This document shows positions 51,141 through 61,449 of a stretch of DNA of 64,000 nt, in pieces; within the stretch, counting starts at the first letter, position 1, and every line of letters starts with the position of its first letter. Origin of the DNA: Nitrosopumilus sp. (lineage in GTDB: Archaea; Thermoproteota; Nitrososphaeria; Nitrososphaerales; Nitrosopumilaceae); the NCBI GenBank assembly GCA_965204345.1, contig OZ241981.1, positions 1,824,001 through 1,888,000 on the forward strand. The letters are read 5' to 3'. A program made the position numbers and the translations under genes. The notes under the pieces are model-generated. The model made no database searches. It was not told the DNA's origin and worked only from the letters and a program-made list of their open reading frames with translations.

Positions 51141-51827
51141 CTACTTTTTTTTTCTCAAGCCTGTGATTTTTTTGACCTCATCTACGCTGAACTGCCCTGG
51201 TGCAACTGCTTTTCCCAACGATACATAGGTGTACGGACTTCCCAAGTACAGGCACAAAATTCTTGAAACTCTTCCAAAATCCCCCATGGCAAACGCAATC
51301 AGGGTGCTGATCTCCTTCCTTCCAATTTTGCCATACAATTCTAACATTCTAGTTGAATCATCAGTTGATCTTGCAGTACATACAATCTTGATGTTTGGCG
51401 AGAACCTGCCCATCTGATTCATCTTCATTTTTAATTCTGTGGATTTTGGGGTCTTTTTGAAATCATGCCATGATACTAGCAGCTTGGTCTTTGCTGATTT
51501 CAAATATCTTGCCAAGTCTGAATTTCTCCTCAACGTGTTAAATTCAACATCTAGCAGAAATGGATCATACTCTGCAACCAGTTTCAGAATTGCAACCCGC
51601 TCCTTTTCGCTGCCTGCAAACCTTCCCCCCTCCGTTTTTGGCCTTAGCGTGCATACGGTTCTGCCAAGATCCTTTTTGATCATCTCCAATGTCTCTGGAA
51701 TGTGTTTGGTCCTTAGGAAATCAAATCTGACTTCTGCAAAATCCGATTTTGCCAATGCGGCTTTTAGTGTCTTTTTGGTTCTTGCAGGTGTTGTCTCTGC
51801 TATTGACACGCATGTTTTGTATTTCAT
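51141..51827 (-). CDS. aroD: Type I 3-dehydroquinate dehydratase
   Basis: EVRFD, TLR..EGG, SWHDF, AMG..GRVSR, APGQ. Confidence 0.94.
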   Translation of the reverse strand: MKYKTCVSIAETTPARTKKTLKAALAKSDFAEVRFDFLRTKHIPETLEMIKKDLGRTVCTLRPKTEGGRFAGSEKERVAILKLVAEYDPFLLDVEFNTLRRNSDLARYLKSAKTKLLVSWHDFKKTPKSTELKMKMNQMGRFSPNIKIVCTARSTDDSTRMLELYGKIGRKEISTLIAFAMGDFGRVSRILCLYLGSPYTYVSLGKAVAPGQFSVDEVKKITGLRKKK

Positions 51828-52882
51828 TTTTCCAGGATGTATTCATCTGAGACTTCCATTCCAAAGTGTCTGCCTGTTGCAGGTTTTGAATGAACCATTA
51901 CGGTGTCTCCCTTTTTTAGATGAGTGACTGATACTAGCTGCCCGTTGGATTTTACAAAACGAATCGTCTCTGCATCCTGTGCTATGATTCCGCCTGTCTC
52001 ATTTCCTGCCGTGGCCTTGATCATCAGCATTGGCCTGCGCTCAATCTTTGATCTGCCCACAGTTGCTCTTCTTGCTTTGCCCTTTGAATTGAGAACTAGC
52101 ACCTCTGAGCCTGTCTCCACTTCTGAGAGATAGTTTGTTGTTCCATCCGGTGATAGCGTATAGCAGTGAACTGCTCCTGCATTTACCCTAAATGGCCTAG
52201 GTGACGTAAATGACGATCCCACTGATTCATTATGGACAAGAAACAAAAAGTTTGATCTGCTTCCAACTAGCATGCCTTCTCCTTTGTGAAGCATTGATGC
52301 CGTATCCACGCAGACCCTCTCCCCGTCTCCCACCTCCTTGATCTCTGTAATCTTTGCAGGCCTCATATCAAAATTCTTGGTTCCAAGGTATATCATGGCC
52401 TCCCTGACTTTGCTAATTGAGGATGTGCTGAAAATCACCCCGTCTACACCCACCTCTAAGATGGAGAACATCTTTCTAACCTCTTCTGGTGTTCTGGCAA
52501 TTGCAAATATTTTGGTGTGAATTTTGTGCAGTTTTGCAATAATGTTTTCCAACGGGATTACTTTCCAATCCTTTACCTCCACTATTACAAAGTCCAGTCC
52601 CTTTTTGGCAGTATCAAGAACGTTTTCGATATCCGAGTTTGAGAGTATCTGAAACTTTCTCCCAACTTTTTTGCCCCTTGGCTTTGTTCTGTCCTTCTCA
52701 AGGACTACATAGTCTGCTGCACTTGATGGAAACACTGTCTGAAGCCTTGTTTTTTTCTTGCCCATCTTTTTGGGATCAAGATACACCATCCTTATTCCTT
52801 CGTCCTGTATCTGAGGCAAGAGTCTGGCTAGCTGTTGCTGAGACGCCTTGGGTGAAATAATTAGCTCTCTTGTCTTACTCAA
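51824..52882 (-). CDS. 3-dehydroquinate synthase II (archaeal AroB')
   Basis: WKVIPLEN, GERVCVDT, RPFRVNAG, QDAETIR, GRHFG. Confidence 0.93.
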   Translation of the reverse strand: MSKTRELIISPKASQQQLARLLPQIQDEGIRMVYLDPKKMGKKKTRLQTVFPSSAADYVVLEKDRTKPRGKKVGRKFQILSNSDIENVLDTAKKGLDFVIVEVKDWKVIPLENIIAKLHKIHTKIFAIARTPEEVRKMFSILEVGVDGVIFSTSSISKVREAMIYLGTKNFDMRPAKITEIKEVGDGERVCVDTASMLHKGEGMLVGSRSNFLFLVHNESVGSSFTSPRPFRVNAGAVHCYTLSPDGTTNYLSEVETGSEVLVLNSKGKARRATVGRSKIERRPMLMIKATAGNETGGIIAQDAETIRFVKSNGQLVSVTHLKKGDTVMVHSKPATGRHFGMEVSDEYILEK

Positions 52883-53657
52883 TTTTCTTCATTGCTTCCT
52901 TTGCGGTTCCCTTTCTGAAAATTATCTCAGATAATGCTGCCACCATCTTTTCAGGAGTTTTGTGTGCAAAGATGTTTCTGCCATACGTTACTCCCTTGGC
53001 TCCTGCCGTCATTGCATCTTCAGTCATTTGAAGAATGTCCAGGTCTGTCTTTGCCTTGGGTCCGCCTGCAATAACAATGGGAACAGGCGTGCTCTTTACA
53101 ATCTTTGCAAACGAATCCACGTCTCCCGTGTACAGTGTTTTAACAATGTCTGCACCGCACTCTGCGCCTATACGTGCAACATGTCCTACAATTCCCGGGT
53201 CATGTGGGTTTTTGATGTTCTCTCCCCTCGGATACATCATTGCCAAAAGCGGCATTCCCCATTTGTGGCACTGGTCTGCTGTCATCCCAAGCTGCTCTAG
53301 CATCTCCGGCTCTTCTTTGCCTCCGATGTTGATGTGCAATGAAACGCCATCTGCCCCCATTGCAGCTGCCTCCTTTACTGTTCCAGTCAGCATCTTTCGG
53401 TTTGGTGATGATGACAATGACGTGCTGCTTGAAAAGTGAACCAGGATTCCTATCTTGGTGGGCTTTGGCAATGCTTTGAGAATTCCCTTGTTGATGATTA
53501 CGCTTGTGAGTCCGTGCCCTTCGCACTTGTAAATTGTGGATGCCGGGTTCTCAAGGCCCTCGATGGGTCCGTCTGAAACGCCGTGATCCATTGGAATGCA
53601 TAGCATTCTTCCTTTTCTGAGAATTCTGTTTAGTCTGATTTGATTTGCCGATACCAT
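52875..53657 (-). CDS. 2-amino-3,7-dideoxy-D-threo-hept-6-ulosonate synthase (archaeal AroA')
   Basis: PMDHG, MYPRG, GADIVKT, AGG, GRNIF; first gene of the aro cluster. Confidence 0.9.
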   Translation of the reverse strand: MVSANQIRLNRILRKGRMLCIPMDHGVSDGPIEGLENPASTIYKCEGHGLTSVIINKGILKALPKPTKIGILVHFSSSTSLSSSPNRKMLTGTVKEAAAMGADGVSLHINIGGKEEPEMLEQLGMTADQCHKWGMPLLAMMYPRGENIKNPHDPGIVGHVARIGAECGADIVKTLYTGDVDSFAKIVKSTPVPIVIAGGPKAKTDLDILQMTEDAMTAGAKGVTYGRNIFAHKTPEKMVAALSEIIFRKGTAKEAMKKIE

Positions 53658-54057
53658 GAATTGATCTGATTTTTGTACCCTACTTAAAATTAATGTGGCC
53701 CTAATGTACCATGCCTGACTCTGGTATTGATTATGATTTTTGGCATCTTGTGCCCATCCACTTGATGTGTACATCGCTTGGTAGGATATTTTCTGCTAAA
53801 AAATTCTAAATGAGACTCGTAAAAAAGATAGTCTGCAAACCTGCTCTCTCTTTCTCACAAACTAGAATCATGTCTTGCAAAAGATTTGACTTGAGCAAGG
53901 CACCTGCAGGATATATACTGTCTAATCCAAAAATAACACAATTCTCCAAGCCCCAACTTTTTAAAGATCGCACCCAAAGTCACCAATTTGGTCTGAGCTT
54001 TTTCTGTATGTTGTTTCTGTCAAGAATTAAATAGAAATTCTAAAGGATGAAGGTCAC

Positions 54058-55176
54058 TTGAGTCAGGCCACCAAACAGATACAAAAAAGCGACATTAGGG
54101 ACATCTTGGAGAATTCCCTTGATGGGAAGAGACCCGGTCCCAAAGACGTCTTGAGACTGTTGGAATCTGACGATGTCCATCTGATGGGCCTTGCTGCGGG
54201 CCACCTGACAAGAAAGCAGTTTGGCAAAAAGGCTTCTTTTGTAAATAATATAATTCTAAACTACACCAACGTATGCATTACTGATTGCAAATTTTGCGCC
54301 TTTTACAGATCTCCCGGAGCTGAGGACTCTTACACCCTGACTCTTGATGAAATTGAAGCTCGGGTAAAGACGTCCTGTGAGATGTTTAAGATTCGTCAAG
54401 TTCTGATTCAGGGCGGGCACAATCCGAATTTGAGAATAGAGTATTATGAGGATGCGTTTAAAATGATTAGGGCAAAGTTCCCCTCTGTTGGGGTTCATGG
54501 TCTGTCCACCTCTGAAATTGACATGATTGCAAGGGTTGAAAAGTCCTCCACCAAAGAGATTCTATCCCGACTAAGGGATGCCGGCTTGCAATCAATTCCC
54601 GGTGCGGGTGCTGAAATCCTGACTGACTCTGTCAAGGAAATTATCAGCCCTAAAAAAATCTCAAGTGATGCCTGGATTAGAATCATGGAAGAGTCCCACT
54701 CTCTTGGAATTCCCGGCTCTGCAACAATGATGTATGGTCATGTGGAAGACAACAATGACATTGTCGAGCACTTTGCTAAGATTGTAAGACTCCAAGAGAG
54801 AACCAAGGGCTTTATGGCATTTATTCCGTGGAATTTTGAGCCAAACAATACCCTGATGCATGAGCAAGGCGTTGTAGAGTATGGGACCGGCGGAATTCAG
54901 CTCTTGAAAATGATTGCAATTTCCAGGCTGGTTTTTAACGGACTGATTCCTCACATCCAATCCTCATGGCTGACCAACGGGGTTGGCATGGCCCAGCTTG
55001 CATTGCAGTATGGAGCCGACGACTTTGGGGGCACGCTCATTGGGGAGGAGGTCGTCTCCTGTACCGGAGCACGTTCTACTGAGCTTACTGATAAAATAAT
55101 TATAGATGCAATCCATCAGATTGGCTATCAGGTCGAGGAGAGGGACAACTTCTATAATCCTGTGTCCGTGTTATAA
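54058..55176 (+). CDS. mqnC: Radical SAM enzyme, MqnC/CofH family (likely dehypoxanthine futalosine cyclase)
   Basis: NYTNVCITDCKFCAF, QGG, PGAGAEIL, GADDFG; next to a UbiD-type gene. Confidence 0.8.
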   Translation: MSQATKQIQKSDIRDILENSLDGKRPGPKDVLRLLESDDVHLMGLAAGHLTRKQFGKKASFVNNIILNYTNVCITDCKFCAFYRSPGAEDSYTLTLDEIEARVKTSCEMFKIRQVLIQGGHNPNLRIEYYEDAFKMIRAKFPSVGVHGLSTSEIDMIARVEKSSTKEILSRLRDAGLQSIPGAGAEILTDSVKEIISPKKISSDAWIRIMEESHSLGIPGSATMMYGHVEDNNDIVEHFAKIVRLQERTKGFMAFIPWNFEPNNTLMHEQGVVEYGTGGIQLLKMIAISRLVFNGLIPHIQSSWLTNGVGMAQLALQYGADDFGGTLIGEEVVSCTGARSTELTDKIIIDAIHQIGYQVEERDNFYNPVSVL

Positions 55177-56613
55177 TCCGTAACTGGACCACTTGGAATC
55201 GACCAGCTCTCTTGTCTTCTCATCAACTCTGACCTGCTTTTGTATCTCCCTTTTGTATCCCTCCTCTCTTGTCTTCTGAGTTGCGTCTATTCCCATTTTT
55301 GAGCCTAGGTTGACAAGTGGCGATGCCGGGTCAAGCGTGTCTGTTGGGGCATCGTTGATTATCGTTGTGTCCCGTGCAGCGTCTGCCCTAGTCGTAATTG
55401 CCCAAATCACGTCATTGATGTCATGGACATTAATGTCCTCATCTACTACTACAAACATCTTTGTCAGGGAGAGCTGTCCCATTCCCCACAGTCCCATCAT
55501 GACCTTTTTTGCCTGTCCCGGGTATCTCTTCTTAATTGATATGATTGCAAATCCCTGGAACCATCCAGCTGCCGGCATGCCAAAGTCTACTACCTCCGGA
55601 TGGAACATCTGGATCAGGGGCAAAAATGAGCGCTCAATTACTTTGCCAATGTATGCATCCTCAAGTATTGGCTTTCCGACTACTGTTGTGACGTATATTG
55701 GATCCTTTCTTCGCATAACTCCTGTAAGTGTAAATGTTGGATATGGCTCAACTGGCGTATAGTATCCCGTATGATCCCCAAATGGGCCTTCGTCCCTGGT
55801 GTCTGCAGGATCCACATATCCTTCCAAGACAATTTCTGCATTAGCCGGGACATCCAGATCAACTGTTTTGCACTTTACAGTCTTGATTCCCTCCTTTCTT
55901 GCAATTCCTGCAAACAGATACTTGTCTAACCCTTCTGGAACCGGTGCAATTGATGAAAATATCGTGGCAGGCTCTCCTCCGATAATTACTGCAGCTGGAA
56001 TCCTCTCTCCCCTCTCTCTTGAGATATCGCCGTGATGTGCGCCGCGCTTGTGCTTTTGCCAGTGCACCAGTGCATGTGTCTTATCTACAATCTGCATCCT
56101 GTAGACTCCCAGGTTCCTAACCTTCGTTTCTGGATGCCTTGTTGCAACCAGTCCCAGTGTGATAAAACGCCCTGCATCCTCTGGCCATGATTTTAAGATT
56201 GGCAAGTCATCAAATGATGCATCCTGAGACGTAATTTCAGTTACCGGCCCACTGGCTTCTGTCTTTGGAAACGATGCCGTCATCTTTGTGAATTCTGGAA
56301 GCTTTTTAATCTTGTTTAGCAATCCTGACGGTACGTCCATCCTTGTCATATCTGCAATGCGCTGACCGATTTCCGTAAAATCCGTCATCTCCAGTCCTAT
56401 CTCCAATCTTTTCATAGAGCCAAACGCATTTCCTAAAACCGGCATGTCGTATCCTTTTACATTCTCAAAAAGTATTGCAGGGCCGTCTGCATACATTTGC
56501 CTTCTCATAATTTCGGCAATCTCCAAGTCCGAATCGACCTCTGTCTTGATCCTCCTTAGTTCACCGCACCTTTCAAGCTCTGCGATAAAATCCCTGATAT
56601 CCTCTATTCCCAC
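55171..56613 (-). CDS. ubiD: UbiD-family decarboxylase (menaquinone biosynthesis type)
   Basis: NLGVYRMQ, EGPFGDHTGYY, LDPAS, KMGIDAT. Confidence 0.9.
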   Translation of the reverse strand: MGIEDIRDFIAELERCGELRRIKTEVDSDLEIAEIMRRQMYADGPAILFENVKGYDMPVLGNAFGSMKRLEIGLEMTDFTEIGQRIADMTRMDVPSGLLNKIKKLPEFTKMTASFPKTEASGPVTEITSQDASFDDLPILKSWPEDAGRFITLGLVATRHPETKVRNLGVYRMQIVDKTHALVHWQKHKRGAHHGDISRERGERIPAAVIIGGEPATIFSSIAPVPEGLDKYLFAGIARKEGIKTVKCKTVDLDVPANAEIVLEGYVDPADTRDEGPFGDHTGYYTPVEPYPTFTLTGVMRRKDPIYVTTVVGKPILEDAYIGKVIERSFLPLIQMFHPEVVDFGMPAAGWFQGFAIISIKKRYPGQAKKVMMGLWGMGQLSLTKMFVVVDEDINVHDINDVIWAITTRADAARDTTIINDAPTDTLDPASPLVNLGSKMGIDATQKTREEGYKREIQKQVRVDEKTRELVDSKWSSYGL

Positions 56614-56654
56614 ATTGGTTCTCCGCTCAGATCAAGTATAAGCTTAACTCGATT

Positions 56655-57029
56655 CTACATTGGCGGGAGTTCAGTCTTTTTGTCATGTCCGCCGGATCCG
56701 AATTTGCAGTAAAAGCACAGTTCTGATTCCATGTACTTTAGCTGCTCTATCTGGATTGCTCCAATCTTTAATGCGATCTTTGTGAGAATTCTGTACTTTA
56801 ACGGCATTGCAGGAATCACTTCCTCAATGTATACCTTGTAATGATCCGGACAAAATTTCAGGGTAACCTTTGATGGCTCTTTGCCTTTTTGGTTAACCTG
56901 CCTTGTAAAGTTTATCTGCTCTCTGATGTATTCGTGTTTTGGACATGGACAATTTCTGCCCCCAGGATGCTTGTAGGCTGGGGTGTTCTTCCAGTCAAAA
57001 TCTGGGAACTCTTTCTCAAAATCATCCAT
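56655..57029 (-). CDS. Cys-containing hypothetical protein
   Basis: CPCPKH, CPDH, CFYC. Confidence 0.7.
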   Translation of the reverse strand: MDDFEKEFPDFDWKNTPAYKHPGGRNCPCPKHEYIREQINFTRQVNQKGKEPSKVTLKFCPDHYKVYIEEVIPAMPLKYRILTKIALKIGAIQIEQLKYMESELCFYCKFGSGGHDKKTELPPM

Positions 57030-57126
57030 GAGATCAATTATTTAATTTAGCATATAAAACTTGATCAAAATCAGCTGCTCAAATCAACCCAAATGTAAAT
57101 AAACCCCGGATTGACCATTCCAGATT

Positions 57127-57933
57127 ATGGCAGCTGCTAAAAAGCAAACAAAAAAAGATCTTGAAGACAAGATTGCCAAATTAGAAGCAAAGATAAACCA
57201 ACTTTCTACTCAGCTAGCCTCAAAGCCGGCAGAGACTCCAAAACCTGCCGCCAAGGCAAAGCCAGCTGAAAGGCCTGCTGCAACAACCAAGCCAAAGGGC
57301 ACACTGCCCAAAGGAATGGATGCAAAGCCTGCTGAGACAAAGCCTGCTGAAAGGCCCGCTGCAACAACCAAGCCAAAGGGCACACTGCCCAAAGGATTTG
57401 AAGCAAAGCCAGCTGAGGCAAAGCCAGCTGAGGCAAAGCCTGCTGAGGCAAAGCCAGCTGAAAGACCTGCTGCAACAACCAAGCCAAAGGGCACACTGCC
57501 CAAAGGATTTGAAGCAAAGCCAGCAGATGTCCCAAAGCCGGCTGAAACAACAACGTCACAGCCACCTGCAACTGTGCAAGAAGCACTAGAGGATGCATAC
57601 ATGACTGCCCCGACATCTGACTTTCATCAGTACAGGGCCAAAGTCACAGGTTATTCACCAGCTCCCAACAGATACTTTGTGAGACTGACTGCTCCTGTGG
57701 GCAAGGTTCCAACCACAAATTGGAATCTCCAAAAATCTAAAGTGACCGGCTATACTGCATGCTCAAACCAGTACTATGCAACAAGGGCAAGACTTGCATA
57801 TCATCCTGCCGATAAAACATTTGGAAGTTTTAGCGGGATCAACATGAGCGTTGAGGGAATCAAGGCACAGCAAGCTCCTCCGACACCAGAGCCACCAAAG
57901 CCCAAAAGAGGCACACTACCAAAAGGTTTCTAA
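57127..57933 (+). CDS. Lys/Pro/Ala-rich repeat protein
   Basis: N-terminal coiled coil; repeated KPAERPAATTKPKGTLPKG and KPAEA. Confidence 0.8.
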   Translation: MAAAKKQTKKDLEDKIAKLEAKINQLSTQLASKPAETPKPAAKAKPAERPAATTKPKGTLPKGMDAKPAETKPAERPAATTKPKGTLPKGFEAKPAEAKPAEAKPAEAKPAERPAATTKPKGTLPKGFEAKPADVPKPAETTTSQPPATVQEALEDAYMTAPTSDFHQYRAKVTGYSPAPNRYFVRLTAPVGKVPTTNWNLQKSKVTGYTACSNQYYATRARLAYHPADKTFGSFSGINMSVEGIKAQQAPPTPEPPKPKRGTLPKGF

Positions 57934-58000
57934 TCCAACTATTTCCTTATTTTCTATTTTTAATAGCAATGTTCATCTTTGATGATGTTTTGTACAGTGT

Positions 58001-58192
58001 ATGGCTCCACAAATCCCGTGCCCTAATTGCCAGCAAACTGACTGGCTTGAAAGCGATGAGTTAAGCTATCTTCCCATTGTCATGAAAATGGAGGATGGAA
58101 CATATGCTGCAGACACTAACAATGGAATTCATGTTAGACTATGGAGATGTGACAACTGTCTGTATGTGATGCAGTTTTGGGAACCTGATTAG
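58001..58192 (+). CDS. Small zinc-ribbon protein
   Basis: CPNC...CDNC. Confidence 0.7.
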   Translation: MAPQIPCPNCQQTDWLESDELSYLPIVMKMEDGTYAADTNNGIHVRLWRCDNCLYVMQFWEPD

Positions 58193-58394
58193 GCGCTGTC
58201 TGGAAATTTAGTGCGACATCTGCATGATTTTTTTTTAAAATGGCATCATCTGTACATTTCAAATGCCGGGATTATTGCATCTTGTAAGCATATGTCAAAA
58301 ATATGACGATTGTAGTTACGACTATGGAGGGTTCTTTGTATGATATTGTTTTATGACACTAAGATTGAAAAGTGTACATGCAAGTCAGATTATC

Positions 58395-58506
58395 TTTGTA
58401 GCACAAACCCTTTGAGCTATACTTGAGACTGCAAGCTCACAGTGTTTGTAGCACAAACCCTTTGAGCTATACTTGAGACTGCAAGCTCACAGTGTTTGTA
58501 GCACAA
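58395..58506. repeat. Perfect 50-bp tandem repeat (2.2 units) with internal palindromes
   Basis: tttgtagcacaaaccctttgagctatacttgagactgcaagctcacagtg x2 plus tttgtagcacaa. Confidence 0.95.
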
Positions 58507-58555
58507 TCTCATTTCTTGCCAGAAAACAACACCATGACAAGAATGATGCAGAAAA

Positions 58556-60247
58556 TCACACCTTCTCTGTACCTGACTCGTAGATTCTCTTAAGCTTGGA
58601 ACCGCACGCAGGACACTTTTGCCTGTCATGAACCGTGCTGCATGAAATACAGCAAAATTCCACAGACTTTGCAATGTTTCCCGAGCTTTTTCCAGACAGC
58701 TCGTCAATCTGTCTTTGCATTTGACGTAGCATCTCAGACTGTCTTTCTCTAAACATATCCTCTCTTTTCTTTATTGCAAGCTCAGTTAGAAGATCCTCCT
58801 TGAGCCTTCCAATCTCTGAGATTTTTTCCCTTAACTCTAGCTTTAGCTCGTCTGCATCATCCTTTCCGGATGTTACGCTTGTAAACTTTGTAAATAGGTT
58901 TAATCTCTGGGATGCCTTTGCATACTCTTTTCGCAGGGTCTCTGGGTATAGCTTTGCCTGCTTTCCATACGAGTCCTTTGGCTTGTGGCCAATGACATGG
59001 TCTGCAACGTCTATTCTGCATCCAGAGTCAATCAGTGTGGATTTTAGTAAATCCCTTAGATCATGCGAGTCCATCCTGTATTGTTTTCTGCCGTTTGTCT
59101 CCACAAATTTTTGAACTCCTGATCTTTGTGCAATTCTTGAGAATTTTGTAAACACCCATCTAGGTGAAATTGGCTTTTGAAACTTGGTTAGAAACAGCGG
59201 CTGGTCGTCTTGCATGCTGTTTCCTGTCTTTTCCTTTCTAAAATCAAGGTATTTCTGCAATATGTCTACTGCATCCCTCTCCAGAAATCCGACATGCTTG
59301 TAGTCTGTCTTTATCCGAGTTAATGTTATTGGGACTGGACATTTCTCCAGATCCCACGAATCGTGGTTCTCAGAGCCAAACCACTTTGCCATCTGCGGCC
59401 ATGCCTCATAGTTGAACCTGTCAACCAGAGTAGAGACATCTAGTCCCCTGTGAAACTTGCACAGAAACACGGCGTGTTCTGTAATTGATGGCTTTCCAAT
59501 AGTTAAAAACTTCATTAGATCTGAGATGGTCATGTCCTGCTCCTCTAGTTCGGTGCTATGTGATGTCTTTGGATTGTAGTTGACCTGCAGTAGATATTCG
59601 TTTTTTTCAAAATATGACACTATGGCACTCTTTATCAAATTCATGTATGTTGCCTTTTTGTGCGAATGCATCTCATCGAGAAGATACTGCTTTATGATTC
59701 TTGTTACGTTCTTTTGATCGGCAAAAGGCTGTTCTAAAAGTTTTAGCAGTGATTCCACATTCTCAAATTTCTTTTGTTCTGTCTTTTGTACAAATGTGTT
59801 ATCACTGGTAGTCTGAAGCATATTTATCGCAAAGGCCTTTTCGGATATCCATCTGTTAAACTTCCATAGATGATGCAGGTACTGCAATTGTGTGCTATTG
59901 ATACTGGTACTGATTTTGTTCTGGTTTTTGAATTTGCTTCCGCGGAGCTGTGATGTCCAAAAGGACACGGTATCCAGACTTTTGAACCATTGAGGAATTG
60001 TGGCATTATTTGTCCTTTGGATCTTTTTTGATTCGCATGCCACTTTTAGTGCATGTGTAATATCGTTGATGACATACCGGTCATTTTTAAATCCAAGAAT
60101 GTCCTTATGCTTGGAGAAAAGTGATTTTACAGTTACTGTATCACCCACCTCCAACTCTGATAGTATGGGTCTTAGCTTCTTACTGATTCCAACAACATTT
60201 TTGTCAATTTTTGAAACAACAATGTATTCGTATTGGATCTTTGACAT
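58556..60247 (-). CDS. Tyrosine recombinase/integrase with C-terminal coiled coil and zinc ribbon
   Basis: RIKT (Lys), SHDLR (HxxR), IGH, DSY (Tyr); box I reads GLDVS; C-terminal CISC...CPACG. Confidence 0.85.
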   Translation of the reverse strand: MSKIQYEYIVVSKIDKNVVGISKKLRPILSELEVGDTVTVKSLFSKHKDILGFKNDRYVINDITHALKVACESKKIQRTNNATIPQWFKSLDTVSFWTSQLRGSKFKNQNKISTSINSTQLQYLHHLWKFNRWISEKAFAINMLQTTSDNTFVQKTEQKKFENVESLLKLLEQPFADQKNVTRIIKQYLLDEMHSHKKATYMNLIKSAIVSYFEKNEYLLQVNYNPKTSHSTELEEQDMTISDLMKFLTIGKPSITEHAVFLCKFHRGLDVSTLVDRFNYEAWPQMAKWFGSENHDSWDLEKCPVPITLTRIKTDYKHVGFLERDAVDILQKYLDFRKEKTGNSMQDDQPLFLTKFQKPISPRWVFTKFSRIAQRSGVQKFVETNGRKQYRMDSHDLRDLLKSTLIDSGCRIDVADHVIGHKPKDSYGKQAKLYPETLRKEYAKASQRLNLFTKFTSVTSGKDDADELKLELREKISEIGRLKEDLLTELAIKKREDMFRERQSEMLRQMQRQIDELSGKSSGNIAKSVEFCCISCSTVHDRQKCPACGSKLKRIYESGTEKV

Positions 60248-60276
60248 GAATACTAAACTGTATTCTTGATAATTAA

Positions 60277-60672
60277 ATATATTGTAAACAGATAACTAAT
60301 GTAACATTTACAAAAAAGCAGCATACCATAACTGATGATATTACAACCTTTGAGTTTTGCTCTCCTTGGATTGCACTCAACCAGTCAAACTATGCAAAAT
60401 ACAACAATCTAGACAAGACATTTCGCAAAAAATTCCTTGAGCGTATACTTACTGCCAATCTGCTTAGCGCACTAAAGGGCCTTGGTTGCATGATTGACTA
60501 TGATCTGTATGTAAAGATAAAGTGGTTCAAGCACATGCCAGTTACGGCGCATGAGCATGGCTTTTCTGGTTTTTATGGAGCCTTTGTAGCTAATCTGTCA
60601 TTACCACAATATCTAGGCATAGGCAAAAGTGTCTCAAAAGGATTTGGCATACTAGAAAAAACACAACAATGA
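60277..60672 (+). pseudogene. cas6: C-terminal part of Cas6b endoribonuclease, 5'-truncated
   Basis: FCSPWIALNQSNY...LERILTANLLSALKGLG...LPQYLGIGKSVSKGFGIL; open frame begins after TAA 60274 without ATG; N-terminal domain missing. Confidence 0.85.
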
Positions 60673-60718
60673 CAAAATTATCTTGTATTGATTTGGTTTT
60701 AGAAATATGTGGAGTTTT

Positions 60719-60822
60719 GTTTTGATCCTTATTATTTAGAGTTCTATCTATAGTTGATATGTGGGATTCACAATCGTACCATGAGATAAAGTTTCAATCC
60801 TTATTGTTTTAGAAATCCATTA
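60719..60822 (-). CRISPR. Mini-array: two degenerate repeats and one spacer
   Basis: gttttgatccttattatttagagttctat (60719) and gtttcaatccttattgttttagaaatccatt (60791); 72-bp period as in the main array. Confidence 0.7.
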
Positions 60823-60856
60823 AGAGCATGCATTCTAGTTTCATTGATCCCAATGT

Positions 60857-61066
60857 CTACAAAAATTTATCTTTTTCACGCTCTTCTTTAGAGAGTTCAT
60901 CTTGTTCATAATTTATGCCCTTAAAATAACTATGAATTTGGGATTGTTTTTTAATATACCATATTGCGATAAGCATTATACACACAGGAATACCCATAAT
61001 AGGCCACCATGAAGTCAACAATATAGCTAAAACAGGTGCTAAAAATAATCTCCGTGCTTTAATCAT
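60857..61066 (-). CDS. Small membrane protein
   Basis: Hydrophobic hairpin and charged tail. Confidence 0.5.
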   Translation of the reverse strand: MIKARRLFLAPVLAILLTSWWPIMGIPVCIMLIAIWYIKKQSQIHSYFKGINYEQDELSKEEREKDKFL

Positions 61067-61449
61067 CTCTTACTTCAACTCTTGATGGAATTTTTGAAAT
61101 AATGTATTTTAATGTCACTACTAAACCAAGTTCAAAAATATTATCCCAGATTGTACCTGCATTCAATTAATATATTATCATGCCATCAGAGCTTGGGCAT
61201 CAAGACCTGAACCTGTCTATATTGTAAACAGATTCCCTCTGGCAATATCCTTTAGCGGAATGTCTGCATCGGAGAATCTCTTTGCAAACAGCTCGAAGAG
61301 TTTTGATGAACCTACAAAAAACGTTCCGTTGTGTATTGGATGGATTTTCGGCCCATGTCTCATTAATCTCAGTTAAGAATTTGACCCAATCCTGCCAAAC
61401 TGACAGAGTCAACGATCATAACTAATTTTAATATCTAATCTAATTAACT

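Noticed and set aside
58395-58506. CRISPR mini-array
   Set aside because: The units are identical tandem copies with no resemblance to the local CRISPR repeat.
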